Positions 55,501 through 63,738 of a DNA stretch of 64,000 nt are shown in pieces; within the stretch, counting starts at the first letter, position 1; the number at the start of each line of letters is the position of its first letter. Origin of the DNA: Clostridia bacterium (lineage in GTDB: Bacteria; Bacillota; Clostridia; Christensenellales; Aristaeellaceae); assembly GCA_017545905.1 (NCBI GenBank), contig JAFWXL010000044.1, positions 758 to 64,757 of the forward strand, read 5' to 3'. A program made the translations under genes and the position numbers. A model generated the notes under the pieces. The model saw nothing but the letters and a program-made list of their open reading frames with translations. It was not told the origin of the DNA and searched no databases.

Positions 55501-55803
55501 CTAACGAAGCTCCGGCCTTTCATACGCCGCCATATCAATGCGCCCGCCTGTGATCATTGCCGCATCCGCAGAGAGCTCTTTGAGGCAAAGCGCATCACCC
55601 GTAATGCTGAGCACGCCGTCGCGCGTGCGCAGCCTGATGCGCGCCGCCTCCAGCTCCACCACACCGCGCTGACCCTCCACAAGCACGCAGGTTCTGCCCA
55701 TTAGCGTCACCCTCGCCCCTGATGTCAGCACATCCTCCGGCAGGCCGCATGCAAGCGCCGTCCTTGTACCGCGTTTTCCCACCTGCGCATCCCACGCTTT
55801 CAT
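55501..55803 (-). CDS. yqfC: YabP/YqfC-family sporulation protein
   Basis: 100 aa with a YabP-like beta-rich core (VTLMGRTCVLVEGQRGVVELEAARIRLRT..ITG), directly upstream of yqfD. Confidence 0.8.
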   Translation of the reverse strand: MKAWDAQVGKRGTRTALACGLPEDVLTSGARVTLMGRTCVLVEGQRGVVELEAARIRLRTRDGVLSITGDALCLKELSADAAMITGGRIDMAAYERPELR

Positions 55804-55905
55804 CCTTCATGCGAAACATCATATGCAGTGCGCCGGCAAAAATGCGGTCTGTCCGTTTCCTTTTCATATACCCGCAGCAGATTTCCTGCGCTGTTCCCCA
55901 TAACA

Positions 55906-55938
55906 CAAAAAACCTGAATCCCCATAAAGGATTCAGGT
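55906..55938 (-). terminator. Rho-independent terminator after the pseudo-receiver gene
   Basis: On the minus strand, ACCUGAAUCC-7 nt-GGAUUCAGGU followed by UUUUUUG. Confidence 0.6.
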
Positions 55939-55955
55939 GTGTAAAGCACAGATAA

Positions 55956-56759
55956 TCAGTGCGCCATGCGAAGCGCATTCTCACGGCCAAGTGCATACAG
56001 GCTTTCGTAGCTGACAACACGCTTGATATTGAGCGTGAGCTCGAAATACGCCTCAAGGCTCGCCTGACAACGGTCAAGATGAAGCTTCATCTGATCGGTC
56101 ACTTCCTGCGCGCTCATTTCTCCGCGCGGCAGACCCAGCAGACGCATGTGATGCGGATTGATGATCAGCAGGACAAAATGCATGCGCTCATCGCCGTTTT
56201 CAAAGATATTCTTGAGCGCATTCTCCAGCCGTTCCCTGCCATAGCGCCAGACCTCTGCAAGGAAATAATCGCCCTGCGGAAGCCGGAAGGACGCCATCGC
56301 CGCAGGACGAGCCGCATCAACCGTCTGCATCTTCAGCGACCGCATTCGCTCATCGATCCTCGCCGCATCAAGCGGCGCGCCGCGCAGCAGATCACAGAAG
56401 AACTCGCCCTGCATTGCACGGGTAACATCGTCCACCTGCTTCATCTGGCGGCTTGCATCTCTGGATGAGAGCGTACGTCTGGCACTGCTGATTTCGCGGC
56501 GAAGGCGCGCCTCATCGCGCGCAGTTTCCATGCCGAGCATTTCCGGCCTGCGGGACAGATACTGGAAAAACCGCTTGCCCTCGCTGACGGAGAGCAGGGA
56601 GGAAACCGCATCAAAGCGTCTTTTCCCGAGCAGGGCAATCCCCTCCTGCGCGTTGGCAGCCACAGCCGGCCGCTCAAACCCCAGATTCTCCCACTCAGAA
56701 AAACCGTCGTAGAGCCGACGGATCTCTTCCTTGTCGGAAACCAGAAGCAATTTATACAT
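55956..56759 (-). CDS. Hypothetical protein with a degenerate receiver (pseudo-REC) N-terminal domain and no output domain
   Basis: MYKLLLVSDKEE...FDAVSSLL resembles YesN-type receivers, but the acidic pocket (DD to SD) and the phospho-acceptor Asp are replaced. No HTH is present. Confidence 0.6.
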   Translation of the reverse strand: MYKLLLVSDKEEIRRLYDGFSEWENLGFERPAVAANAQEGIALLGKRRFDAVSSLLSVSEGKRFFQYLSRRPEMLGMETARDEARLRREISSARRTLSSRDASRQMKQVDDVTRAMQGEFFCDLLRGAPLDAARIDERMRSLKMQTVDAARPAAMASFRLPQGDYFLAEVWRYGRERLENALKNIFENGDERMHFVLLIINPHHMRLLGLPRGEMSAQEVTDQMKLHLDRCQASLEAYFELTLNIKRVVSYESLYALGRENALRMAH

Positions 56760-56822
56760 GGCTCCTCCTACGCATCCTGCGTGTCACAGCTATAATCATG
56801 AATATACAAATATACGCAGATT

Positions 56823-56851
56823 ATTATAGAATAAATTCCCGGCGGATACAA
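56823..56851 (-). promoter_or_regulatory. Candidate sigma-A-like promoter for the pseudo-receiver gene
   Basis: On the minus strand, TTGTAT-17 nt-TATAAT. Confidence 0.4.
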
Positions 56852-56871
56852 GCAAAGATGCATTCTTCCCG

Positions 56872-56919
56872 AAAAAAAATAAAAAAACTTCCAAGTTTTC
56901 CCGCACATCCTTGGAAAGT
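56872..56919 (-). terminator. Orphan intrinsic-terminator-like hairpin with a long U-tract, no upstream minus-strand gene
   Basis: On the minus strand, ACUU(U)CCAAG-14 nt-CUUGGAAGU followed by U7AU8. Confidence 0.4.
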
Positions 56920-56999
56920 TCTGTTAAATTCATTCGGATTGTCTCCCGCCTTTCCGCCGGCGCTGCTCCGGGCGCACATACCGCCCCGTTTGGCGGCGC

Positions 57000-57028
57000 T
57001 TGACAGGAGTTTTTTTCAGCGATACAAT
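57000..57028 (+). promoter_or_regulatory. Sigma-A-like promoter for the AEC transporter gene
   Basis: TTGACA-17 nt-TACAAT. Confidence 0.5.
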
Positions 57029-57062
57029 GATACAATCGATTCAGCTTCGAGGTGTATTTGTC

Positions 57063-57974
57063 ATGTCCCCGTTTGAAACCATGGTTTCACTGCAGCTGCA
57101 GCTGTTCATGTATGTTGCCGCCGGTTTTCTGCTGACAAGGATCGGCACCATTTCGCCTGCCGGGCGCAAATCGCTTTCCGATCTGCTGATCAACTTCATC
57201 CTGCCGTGCAACATCATCTGTTCGTTTCAGATCGATCTGACTGGCGAGATTCTCGCCTCCTGCGGCGTAATGGTCGCTGTATCGCTGGGCGTTCAGCTGT
57301 TTTATCTGCTCGTCAGCCGCATCATCTATCCCGGTCAGTCGCGCGAACGCCTTGCCTGCCTGCGCTATGCAACCGTCTGCTCCAACGCCGGCTTTCTGGG
57401 CATCCCCATCATCGGCGGTCTGTACGGTCCCATGGGTACGCTGCTGACCTCCGTCGTGCTGATTCCTCAACGGGTGGTCATGTGGTCCGCCGGTCTGTCG
57501 CTTTTCACGAGGACGGATTCCAAGAGCGTGATCAGAAAGCTGGCAACCCATCCCTGCATCGTCGCGGTATTCATCGGCTTTGCGCTGATGCTCGGCGGCA
57601 ATCCCGCCCTACCCCAGCCGCTGCAGAAGGCGCTCTCCGGCGCAAGCAGCTGCAACACCTGCATGTCCATGCTGGTGATCGGCAGCATACTGGCCGGCGC
57701 TGAGCATATCAACCTGAAGGACGGCATGATATGGTGGTACACACTGGCCCGCCTGCTGCTCATTCCGCTGGTGGTCTTTGCCGCGCTGCTGCCGCTGCCG
57801 GTCGATCCGATGATCCGCGGCGTCATGGTGCTCGCCTCCGGCATGCCCGCAGGCTCCACAACGGCCATCCTTGCCGCCAAATATGACGGCGACGCACCAT
57901 TTGCTTCCTGCCTGATCTTTATCACCACGCTGCTGTCGCTTGTCACGCTGCCGCTTCTGTGTCTGGTGCTGTGA
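57063..57974 (+). CDS. Auxin-efflux-carrier (AEC) family transporter
   Basis: 303-aa polytopic membrane protein with AEC-like segments (CSNAGFLGIPI, ASGMPAGSTTAILA). A GAGGTG RBS precedes the ATG at 57063. Confidence 0.88.
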   Translation: MSPFETMVSLQLQLFMYVAAGFLLTRIGTISPAGRKSLSDLLINFILPCNIICSFQIDLTGEILASCGVMVAVSLGVQLFYLLVSRIIYPGQSRERLACLRYATVCSNAGFLGIPIIGGLYGPMGTLLTSVVLIPQRVVMWSAGLSLFTRTDSKSVIRKLATHPCIVAVFIGFALMLGGNPALPQPLQKALSGASSCNTCMSMLVIGSILAGAEHINLKDGMIWWYTLARLLLIPLVVFAALLPLPVDPMIRGVMVLASGMPAGSTTAILAAKYDGDAPFASCLIFITTLLSLVTLPLLCLVL

Positions 57975-57990
57975 TCTTGTCTTCATACAA

Positions 57991-58025
57991 AAGGCTGCCC
58001 TCCCGTCAGGAAGGCAGCTCTTTTC
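57991..58025. terminator. Bidirectional terminator between convergent genes
   Basis: GCTGCC(C)TCC-cgtca-GGA(A)GGCAGC flanked by an A-tract and a T-tract. Confidence 0.55.
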
Positions 58026-58836
58026 AATATGCCAGAGCATACGGCTCTACAAAGCCGGGTTCGCCCGTTTCGCTGTCAAAAATCATGTACCAGCCATTGA
58101 TGACGTCAGCGGCATTCACCTTTGTCCCCGCCTTGAGTGTGCGGATCTCCGGATAGCGGCTATCCGGTCCTGTGCGCAGCGCAGTCTTATACGATATGAT
58201 CATTTCCTGCTGCATGCCGCCATGGTAATACCGCTCGAACGTATTGTCCCGGTGAAGCACATCCATGGGGATATATGCCGCAGCAGCGCCGCGCAGATTG
58301 ATGATATAATAATCATCGTAGAAGCCAATCACGCGGTAGCTTGTCAGCTTGCTGAGCGAACCGACCTTTTTGGACGAGGTATCCGGCGCAATGTAGGCAG
58401 GCACATTGCTTTCAAGCAGGGTGATCGTCAGATCATTGAGCACCACATAGTCGTCGTTGATCCAGCCTTCCTGCCCCTTGTGTTCCACAGCATAAAACCC
58501 GTTTTCCCAGATCGGCGAGCGCGCGTCGTATCCACTCAGGCAAAGCAGGCTTTCTCCATGGGTAACTGATCCCAGCTTTTTGCTGTTTGTCTTCGGATCA
58601 GCCCATATGCTCGCGCTCTTGGAAATTACCGTCACCCTGCTGGCGTCGGCGCTTGTCACGCCGCCAAAACCATCCACGCAGACATAGCCGTCATAGTCGC
58701 CCACATAGGACGCCAGACGCACATAGCCGCTGTTTCTGCTGGTAAGCCATGCTCCGCTGCCATCGGCCGCTGCCGTGCCAAAGCACAGCATACAAAGCAG
58801 TATCCATACTGTCATCCGTTTCATCCTCAACGCCAT
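58024..58836 (-). CDS. Secreted SH3b-domain protein
   Basis: Signal peptide (MKRMTVWILLCMLCFGTAAA) followed by SH3b-like modules ending in GW(I/Y). The start is probably MKRM at 58821. Confidence 0.75.
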   Translation of the reverse strand: MALRMKRMTVWILLCMLCFGTAAADGSGAWLTSRNSGYVRLASYVGDYDGYVCVDGFGGVTSADASRVTVISKSASIWADPKTNSKKLGSVTHGESLLCLSGYDARSPIWENGFYAVEHKGQEGWINDDYVVLNDLTITLLESNVPAYIAPDTSSKKVGSLSKLTSYRVIGFYDDYYIINLRGAAAAYIPMDVLHRDNTFERYYHGGMQQEMIISYKTALRTGPDSRYPEIRTLKAGTKVNAADVINGWYMIFDSETGEPGFVEPYALAY

Positions 58837-59022
58837 CCTTTCGTTTATCCCCTTTATTCATAAGACGAATAAGAAGCTTTTTCCCTGCCGAAATATCCCT
58901 TTATTTTCAATTTATCCCATCAAACAGTGTTTTTCATGCGCCGGTATTCCGCCCGACCGGCATACACCGCAGCGCAGAGCGGAATAATTCCGGAAAAACA
59001 GCGATTACCCGCAACAAAGCAA

Positions 59023-59051
59023 TTGACCCGGAAGTGAATTCCACGTATAAT
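59023..59051 (+). promoter_or_regulatory. Sigma-A-like promoter for the MBL-fold gene
   Basis: TTGACC-17 nt-TATAAT. Confidence 0.5.
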
Positions 59052-59101
59052 TCAGAGAGCGATTTCTGCAAACGCACATTATGACAAAAGGATGGCAACA
59101 C

Positions 59102-59971
59102 ATGAAGCGAATTCTGATCCTTTGCCTCGCACTGCTCCTTGTCACCAGCGCATACGCCTTCGCTGATGAGATCATCATCAACAAGCTGGGCGGCGATCAT
59201 ACCGACTTTGCCTTTGCGCCGGACGCGCAGGTTCTTGAAGTCTATTTCCCAAAGATTTTCGGCGTGGACGCCGCGCTGGTGCGCTATGGCGAATTCACAC
59301 TGCTGATCGACTGCGGCGGCAGCCAGTGGAAGTCAACCCGAGCGCTGCTTGAAAAGCTGAACGTGACTGAGCTGACCTATGCGCTCAACACACACCCGGA
59401 CGCCGACCACATCGGAGGCTTCAATCATGTGCTCAAGGATATCCCTGCCGGCGAGTTCCTTCTTGGTTTTCCGGAGGATCACGAGCGGGGGCACGAGGTC
59501 CGCTTCAAGGTCTATGAAGCGCTGCACGAACAGGGCATTCCTTTCCGCCGCGTCTATAACGGGGACACGATCGAATTCGGCGACGTCAGCATCTCGGTGT
59601 ATCAGAGAACGGACGCGGATCTGCCGAGCGTGAATGACAGCTCCGTCATGCTGATGATCCAGTACGGCGAGCGCAGAATCCTCTTTACCGGCGATATTGA
59701 ATACGCCGGACAGACCGTGCTGTGCGAAGACCCCGCGTGTCCGGATCTGAAAGCGGATATCCTCAAGTTCCCGCACCACGGCTATGCGCCGATGCACGAT
59801 CAGTTCCTGTCCCGTATCTCTCCCGAACTGGTGATCAGCACCTGCGGCAAAACCGACACCTCCGGCCTTAAGCAGCTTGAGGACAAGAAAATCCCCTACT
59901 ATATCACTGCCAACAGGATCATACGTCTGGCCACTGACGGCAAGGTGTGGACGCTGGAGAGCGTCAACTAA
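59102..59971 (+). CDS. Secreted MBL-fold metallo-hydrolase (ComEC C-terminal-domain-like)
   Basis: Signal peptide MKRILILCLALLLVTSAYA, HxHxDH motif NTHPDADHIGG, and later FPHHGY. Confidence 0.85.
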   Translation: MKRILILCLALLLVTSAYAFADEIIINKLGGDHTDFAFAPDAQVLEVYFPKIFGVDAALVRYGEFTLLIDCGGSQWKSTRALLEKLNVTELTYALNTHPDADHIGGFNHVLKDIPAGEFLLGFPEDHERGHEVRFKVYEALHEQGIPFRRVYNGDTIEFGDVSISVYQRTDADLPSVNDSSVMLMIQYGERRILFTGDIEYAGQTVLCEDPACPDLKADILKFPHHGYAPMHDQFLSRISPELVISTCGKTDTSGLKQLEDKKIPYYITANRIIRLATDGKVWTLESVN

Positions 59972-59986
59972 ACGCAGCAGACACTT

Positions 59987-60020
59987 CAAGCCCTGCGCTT
60001 CTGTGCGCAGGGCTTGTTTC
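59987..60020. terminator. Bidirectional terminator between the MBL gene and buk
   Basis: CAAGCCCTGCGC-ttctgt-GCGCAGGGCTTG followed by TTTC. Confidence 0.6.
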
Positions 60021-60028
60021 ATGTCCGC

Positions 60029-61147
60029 TCAGATGCGCTCATTGTCAAATCCATTCCATACAGGATGCCCCGGATAGGTAAGCGCTTCTTCCTCACCCGT
60101 GAGCACACGCATGGCGCCCGCAGCCATGGCTTCCTGCTCAAATTCGCCCGGATAGGCCGTCACCGGCGCGATCCATTCGCAGCGGCGGCGGATATCGCCA
60201 AGCACATCGTCAAAGCGCAGCAGACCGCCGGTGAGCACAATGCCGTCCACCTTGCCCTCCAGCACAGCCGCCATAGAGCCGATGGATTTGCAGACCTGAT
60301 AGATCATCGCCTGCCAGACGCGCACGGCATGCGGCTCGCCGCGATCAACCATGGCATGGATGACGTCCGAATTGGACGTGCCGAAATGGCTCGTCAAACC
60401 GCCCGCCTGAGAGCAGAGCTTCTTGAGTTCCTGCGGCGAGCGATCGCCAAGCGCGCCAATCACATCGGTGACCGCCATGGAGCCGATCCGTGTTGGCGTG
60501 AACGGGCCTTCGCCGCCCCCCGCATCATTGCCGTCGATCATGCGGCCATGGCAATGGGCCGTCACGGAGATGCCGCCGTCGATATGGCTGACAATCAGGT
60601 TGCAGTCCTCATAGCGCTTGCCGAGGCTTCGCGCATGACGCCTGGCTGTCTCTTTGAGGTTGAGTGCATGGGAAATCGCCGTGCGGTACACACCGCGCAC
60701 GCCCGTCACACGCGCCAGATCACACAGCTCGTCAACAACCGGCGGATCCATCATCAGCATCTCTCCGCCGTATTCATCATGCAGCGCCTTGGCCATCTGT
60801 ACGCCAAGCATGGAGGAATGATACAAGCCGCCCCGGCATGCCTTCGTGTCCTCAATCAGCGTATCATCGATACGGTAAACGCCGCCGAGGATGGAATAGC
60901 ATCCGCCGCCGCGCCCGACAATCGCATCCACGCCATGCAGATCGATGCCCCGCTCCTGCAAGAACTGGTGCACAACCGCCATGCGGTAATCCAGCTGGTC
61001 GTTGATCGTCGGGAATGTGAGCAGCACGGAGGAATCATGGAATGTATCAGTGGTGAACAGGCAGCGCTCGTTTTCAAACATGGAAAGCTTGGTCGAGGTG
61101 GAGCCCGGATTGATGATCAGAATGCGGTAGGTTTTCACGGAATTCAT
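60029..61147 (-). CDS. buk: Butyrate kinase
   Basis: ILIINPGSTSTK N-terminus and a full acetate/butyrate-kinase-fold sequence. The GTG at 61138 (8 nt after GGGAGA) is a better-spaced start than the ATG at 61147. Confidence 0.92.
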   Translation of the reverse strand: MNSVKTYRILIINPGSTSTKLSMFENERCLFTTDTFHDSSVLLTFPTINDQLDYRMAVVHQFLQERGIDLHGVDAIVGRGGGCYSILGGVYRIDDTLIEDTKACRGGLYHSSMLGVQMAKALHDEYGGEMLMMDPPVVDELCDLARVTGVRGVYRTAISHALNLKETARRHARSLGKRYEDCNLIVSHIDGGISVTAHCHGRMIDGNDAGGGEGPFTPTRIGSMAVTDVIGALGDRSPQELKKLCSQAGGLTSHFGTSNSDVIHAMVDRGEPHAVRVWQAMIYQVCKSIGSMAAVLEGKVDGIVLTGGLLRFDDVLGDIRRRCEWIAPVTAYPGEFEQEAMAAGAMRVLTGEEEALTYPGHPVWNGFDNERI

Positions 61148-61165
61148 CTCCCAGAGAAATCAGGT

Positions 61166-61194
61166 TATATATAGTATACCACCATCATTGTCAA
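61166..61194 (-). promoter_or_regulatory. Sigma-A-like promoter for buk
   Basis: On the minus strand, TTGACA-17 nt-TATATA. Confidence 0.45.
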
Positions 61195-61210
61195 AGCGCA
61201 AACAAAGCGC

Positions 61211-61239
61211 AAAAAAAGACCGGCAGAAATGCCGGTCTT
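61211..61239 (-). terminator. Rho-independent terminator after the YfcC-family gene
   Basis: On the minus strand, AAGACCGGC-auuucu-GCCGGUCUU followed by UUUUUG. Confidence 0.65.
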
Positions 61240-61300
61240 CCTTTTCAATTCAGGCGTCCGGTTCAGACGCCGGCTATCGGCAGCTGACGGATAACCCGTA

Positions 61301-62695
61301 TCAGAACGGACCGAGTCCGATCAGATGTGCGATCACCACAAACACTGCGCCCAATGCATACTGGAGGCTGATAAGCGGCAGGATCCACCTTGCCCACTTG
61401 GTCCACGGAATCCTGGCCAGAGCCAAACCGGCCATGAAAAAACCAGAAGTCGGCGTAAAGATGTTGGAGATCGCATCACCAAGCTGGAAGGCAACGCACG
61501 CAGTCTGGCGCGTCACGCCGACAAGATCGCCCAGCGGCGCCATAATCGGGATCGACACAGCCGCCTGACCAGAACCGGAAGGCACCATGAAATTCAGCAG
61601 ACACTGGAAGATATACATGCCCACAGCAGACACCATGGACGGCAGGCCGCTCAGCGCGCCTGCAACTGCATGCAAAATGGTGTGCAGGATATTGCCATCG
61701 GTCATCACCACCAGCAATCCTCTGGCAAAGCCGATCACCAGCGCGCCAGACGCAATGCCTGCCATGCCCTCGCCAAAGGTCACAGCAAATGCATTCGGGG
61801 TCATCCGCGCCACGATGGCAATCACAATCGCCATGCCCATAAACAGCGCGGAAATCTCATCCATATACCAGCCCCAGCGGATGACGCCGTACACCAGCAG
61901 CACAATCGAGGCGGCAAACACGGTCAGAATTGCCTTTTCATGGGTTCCGAAGGGCTTCAGGTTATTCAGATCAATGATATCCTCGCGCGCCTGATCCTCA
62001 TGATACATGGGCGATTTCTCAGGATTCTTCTTGATCCTGCTCGCATAGAGCATGATAAAGGTGCTGGAAAGCGCAAGAAACGCGATATACATCACGATAC
62101 GGAATCCCATGCCAGAAAGAATCGGCAAACCGGCAATGCCCTGCGCCACCTGCAGGGTGAACGGATTCATAAATGCGCCGGCATAGCCCGCCGCAGCGCC
62201 GCAAAAAACGATGGCCGTGCCGGTGATGGAGTCATAGCCCATCGCGATACACAACGAGACGAAGATCGGAATAAACGGAATCGTCTCCTCCGACATGCCA
62301 AATACAGCGCCGCCCAGCGAAAACAGCAGCAGGATAACCGGAAGGAGCATCAGCGTTCTGTTTCCAAGCAGCTGACAAACCTTGCCGATACCCGCTTCGA
62401 TTGCGCCTGTTTTCTCCAGAATCGCAAATGCGCCGCCGACAATAAAGATGAAGAATATGATCTGCGCGGATTCCGTCATGCCGCGCGGCACAGCAGAGAG
62501 CATCTGCATGAGCGTCACAGGCGTGGATTCGACAACATGATAGGTCGACGCATCGACCACCTCGCGCTTGCCGACAGTCATCATATCATACTGACCGGCA
62601 GGCACAACATAGCTCAGCAGGCTGCAGATCAGAATAAGTCCCATCAGGATCACATATACGTGCGGGACCGGGATTCCCTTTTTCTCCTTATCCAT
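61301..62695 (-). CDS. YfcC-family / DcuC-superfamily anaerobic carrier-type membrane transporter
   Basis: 465-aa polytopic protein starting MDKEKKGIPVPHVYVILMG with a GGAGTG RBS. The track ORF extends spuriously to 62797. Confidence 0.85.
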   Translation of the reverse strand: MDKEKKGIPVPHVYVILMGLILICSLLSYVVPAGQYDMMTVGKREVVDASTYHVVESTPVTLMQMLSAVPRGMTESAQIIFFIFIVGGAFAILEKTGAIEAGIGKVCQLLGNRTLMLLPVILLLFSLGGAVFGMSEETIPFIPIFVSLCIAMGYDSITGTAIVFCGAAAGYAGAFMNPFTLQVAQGIAGLPILSGMGFRIVMYIAFLALSSTFIMLYASRIKKNPEKSPMYHEDQAREDIIDLNNLKPFGTHEKAILTVFAASIVLLVYGVIRWGWYMDEISALFMGMAIVIAIVARMTPNAFAVTFGEGMAGIASGALVIGFARGLLVVMTDGNILHTILHAVAGALSGLPSMVSAVGMYIFQCLLNFMVPSGSGQAAVSIPIMAPLGDLVGVTRQTACVAFQLGDAISNIFTPTSGFFMAGLALARIPWTKWARWILPLISLQYALGAVFVVIAHLIGLGPF

Positions 62696-62731
62696 ATCAA
62701 GCACTCCGACATCTGTATGTTTATTCGACTC

Positions 62732-62760
62732 ATTATACATTTTTATTTGCAGCAATACAA
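62732..62760 (-). promoter_or_regulatory. Candidate sigma-A-like promoter for the YfcC-family gene
   Basis: On the minus strand, TTGTAT-17 nt-TATAAT. Confidence 0.4.
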
Positions 62761-62793
62761 GCAATTCATACGCTTTTCTGCAATGAGATTTGC

Positions 62794-62851
62794 GCAAAAA
62801 CCCCCGCCCGCTGCAGGCTCATTGACTTCGCCTGTGCAGCAAGAGGGGGTT
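62794..62851 (-). terminator. Compound hairpin terminator downstream of the radical-SAM pseudogene
   Basis: Outer stem AACCCCC/GGGGGTT enclosing CTGCAGG/CCTG(TG)CAG. On the minus strand it is followed by TTTTTGC. Confidence 0.5.
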
Positions 62852-62912
62852 GTTTATTTCTTAAATGGAAACCGCAAGAGCATATCGATGAGCAGAACAG
62901 TGCCTTTGTCCC

Positions 62913-63738
62913 TCAATCACACCGGTCATGAGCACTCAGGCTCAACCGCAGCGGACATTCCGGATCGGCCCGGGTGAAATCGTGATAAGCCGTATAGCTC
63001 TGACACTTTGCGCCGCTGCGGCAAAGGCTTTGGTGCGCACAAGACATGCATTCCAGCGGCAGAAGGTCATTCTGCAGAGTTCTGAAGACAGGATGCTGAA
63101 AATACACATCCTTCAACGTGTTATCAAAAACATTGCCGCAAACGGTCGGCATCCTCCGGCAGGGCAGAATCTGTCCCTTTCATCCACGGTAATCAGGGGG
63201 GCAGTACCGCACTGATAGATCTTGCCGCCCTCCTGAAACTGCGGCGCGCGGTTCATCCTGACCTCTGTATGCGGATACAGTTTTCGGATTAACCAGCTTC
63301 CGCGTGCTTTTCGCAATGCGCAAAGATAATCGCCTGTAAGCGAAGCGTCTATACTCAGCAGCTGTGCAGCCTAACCGATGGGCACCAGCCGGTCTGACCA
63401 CAGACAGCTGACGCCCCGTTTTCGGCATTCCCATGCGACCATAGGCAGATCACGGTAGTTTTCTTTGTTCGCTATAAAACTGATGTGCGTCGGAATGCCA
63501 TTCCTTTCCCGCAGTCGGGCCATGTTCGGCGTTCGTTCATAATCGTCTGGCGCACGCAGGGCGTCATGTATCTCACGGCGTCCATCCATGCTTGGATGAT
63601 CAAAGGCCACGTCAGTTTCTTTCAGCAATGCAATCAACGCATCATCAATCATGGATCCATTGGAAAGCACACCGTATGAATACAGCCTGAATGGACTGCT
63701 AAAGTTCTGATTCTGAGCTGCCCCGGGAGAGTGGGACA
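62913..63738 (-). pseudogene. Radical SAM/SPASM-domain gene remnant: 5'-truncated, one in-frame TAG, one frameshift
   Basis: Homology starts at ..VLSNGSMIDD..SMDGRREIHDALR, so the CxxxCxxC and GGEPL regions are missing. An in-frame TAG sits at 63371-63373 (..LVPIG*AAQLL..). A frame change near 63152 precedes the SPASM tail ECMSCAHQSLCRSGAKC. Confidence 0.7.

Noticed and set aside
56796-56933. A 45-aa small ORF (MNLTELSKDVRENLEVFLFFFGKN...) with a GGGAGA RBS on the minus strand.
   Set aside because: Its FLFFF stretch is simply the U-tract of the terminator-like hairpin, and the hairpin itself lies inside the ORF. There is no promoter support, so it is more likely non-coding.
61325-62977. A 550-aa plus-strand ORF opposite the YfcC-family transporter.
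   Set aside because: Its His/Arg/Asp-rich translation has no motifs, while the opposite strand encodes a coherent polytopic membrane protein.
63371-63373. The in-frame TAG of the radical-SAM remnant as a pyrrolysine or programmed read-through codon.
   Set aside because: The same gene also lacks its N-terminal catalytic core and has a frameshift. No pyl genes or PYLIS-like context are visible, so a nonsense mutation in a pseudogene is the simpler reading.
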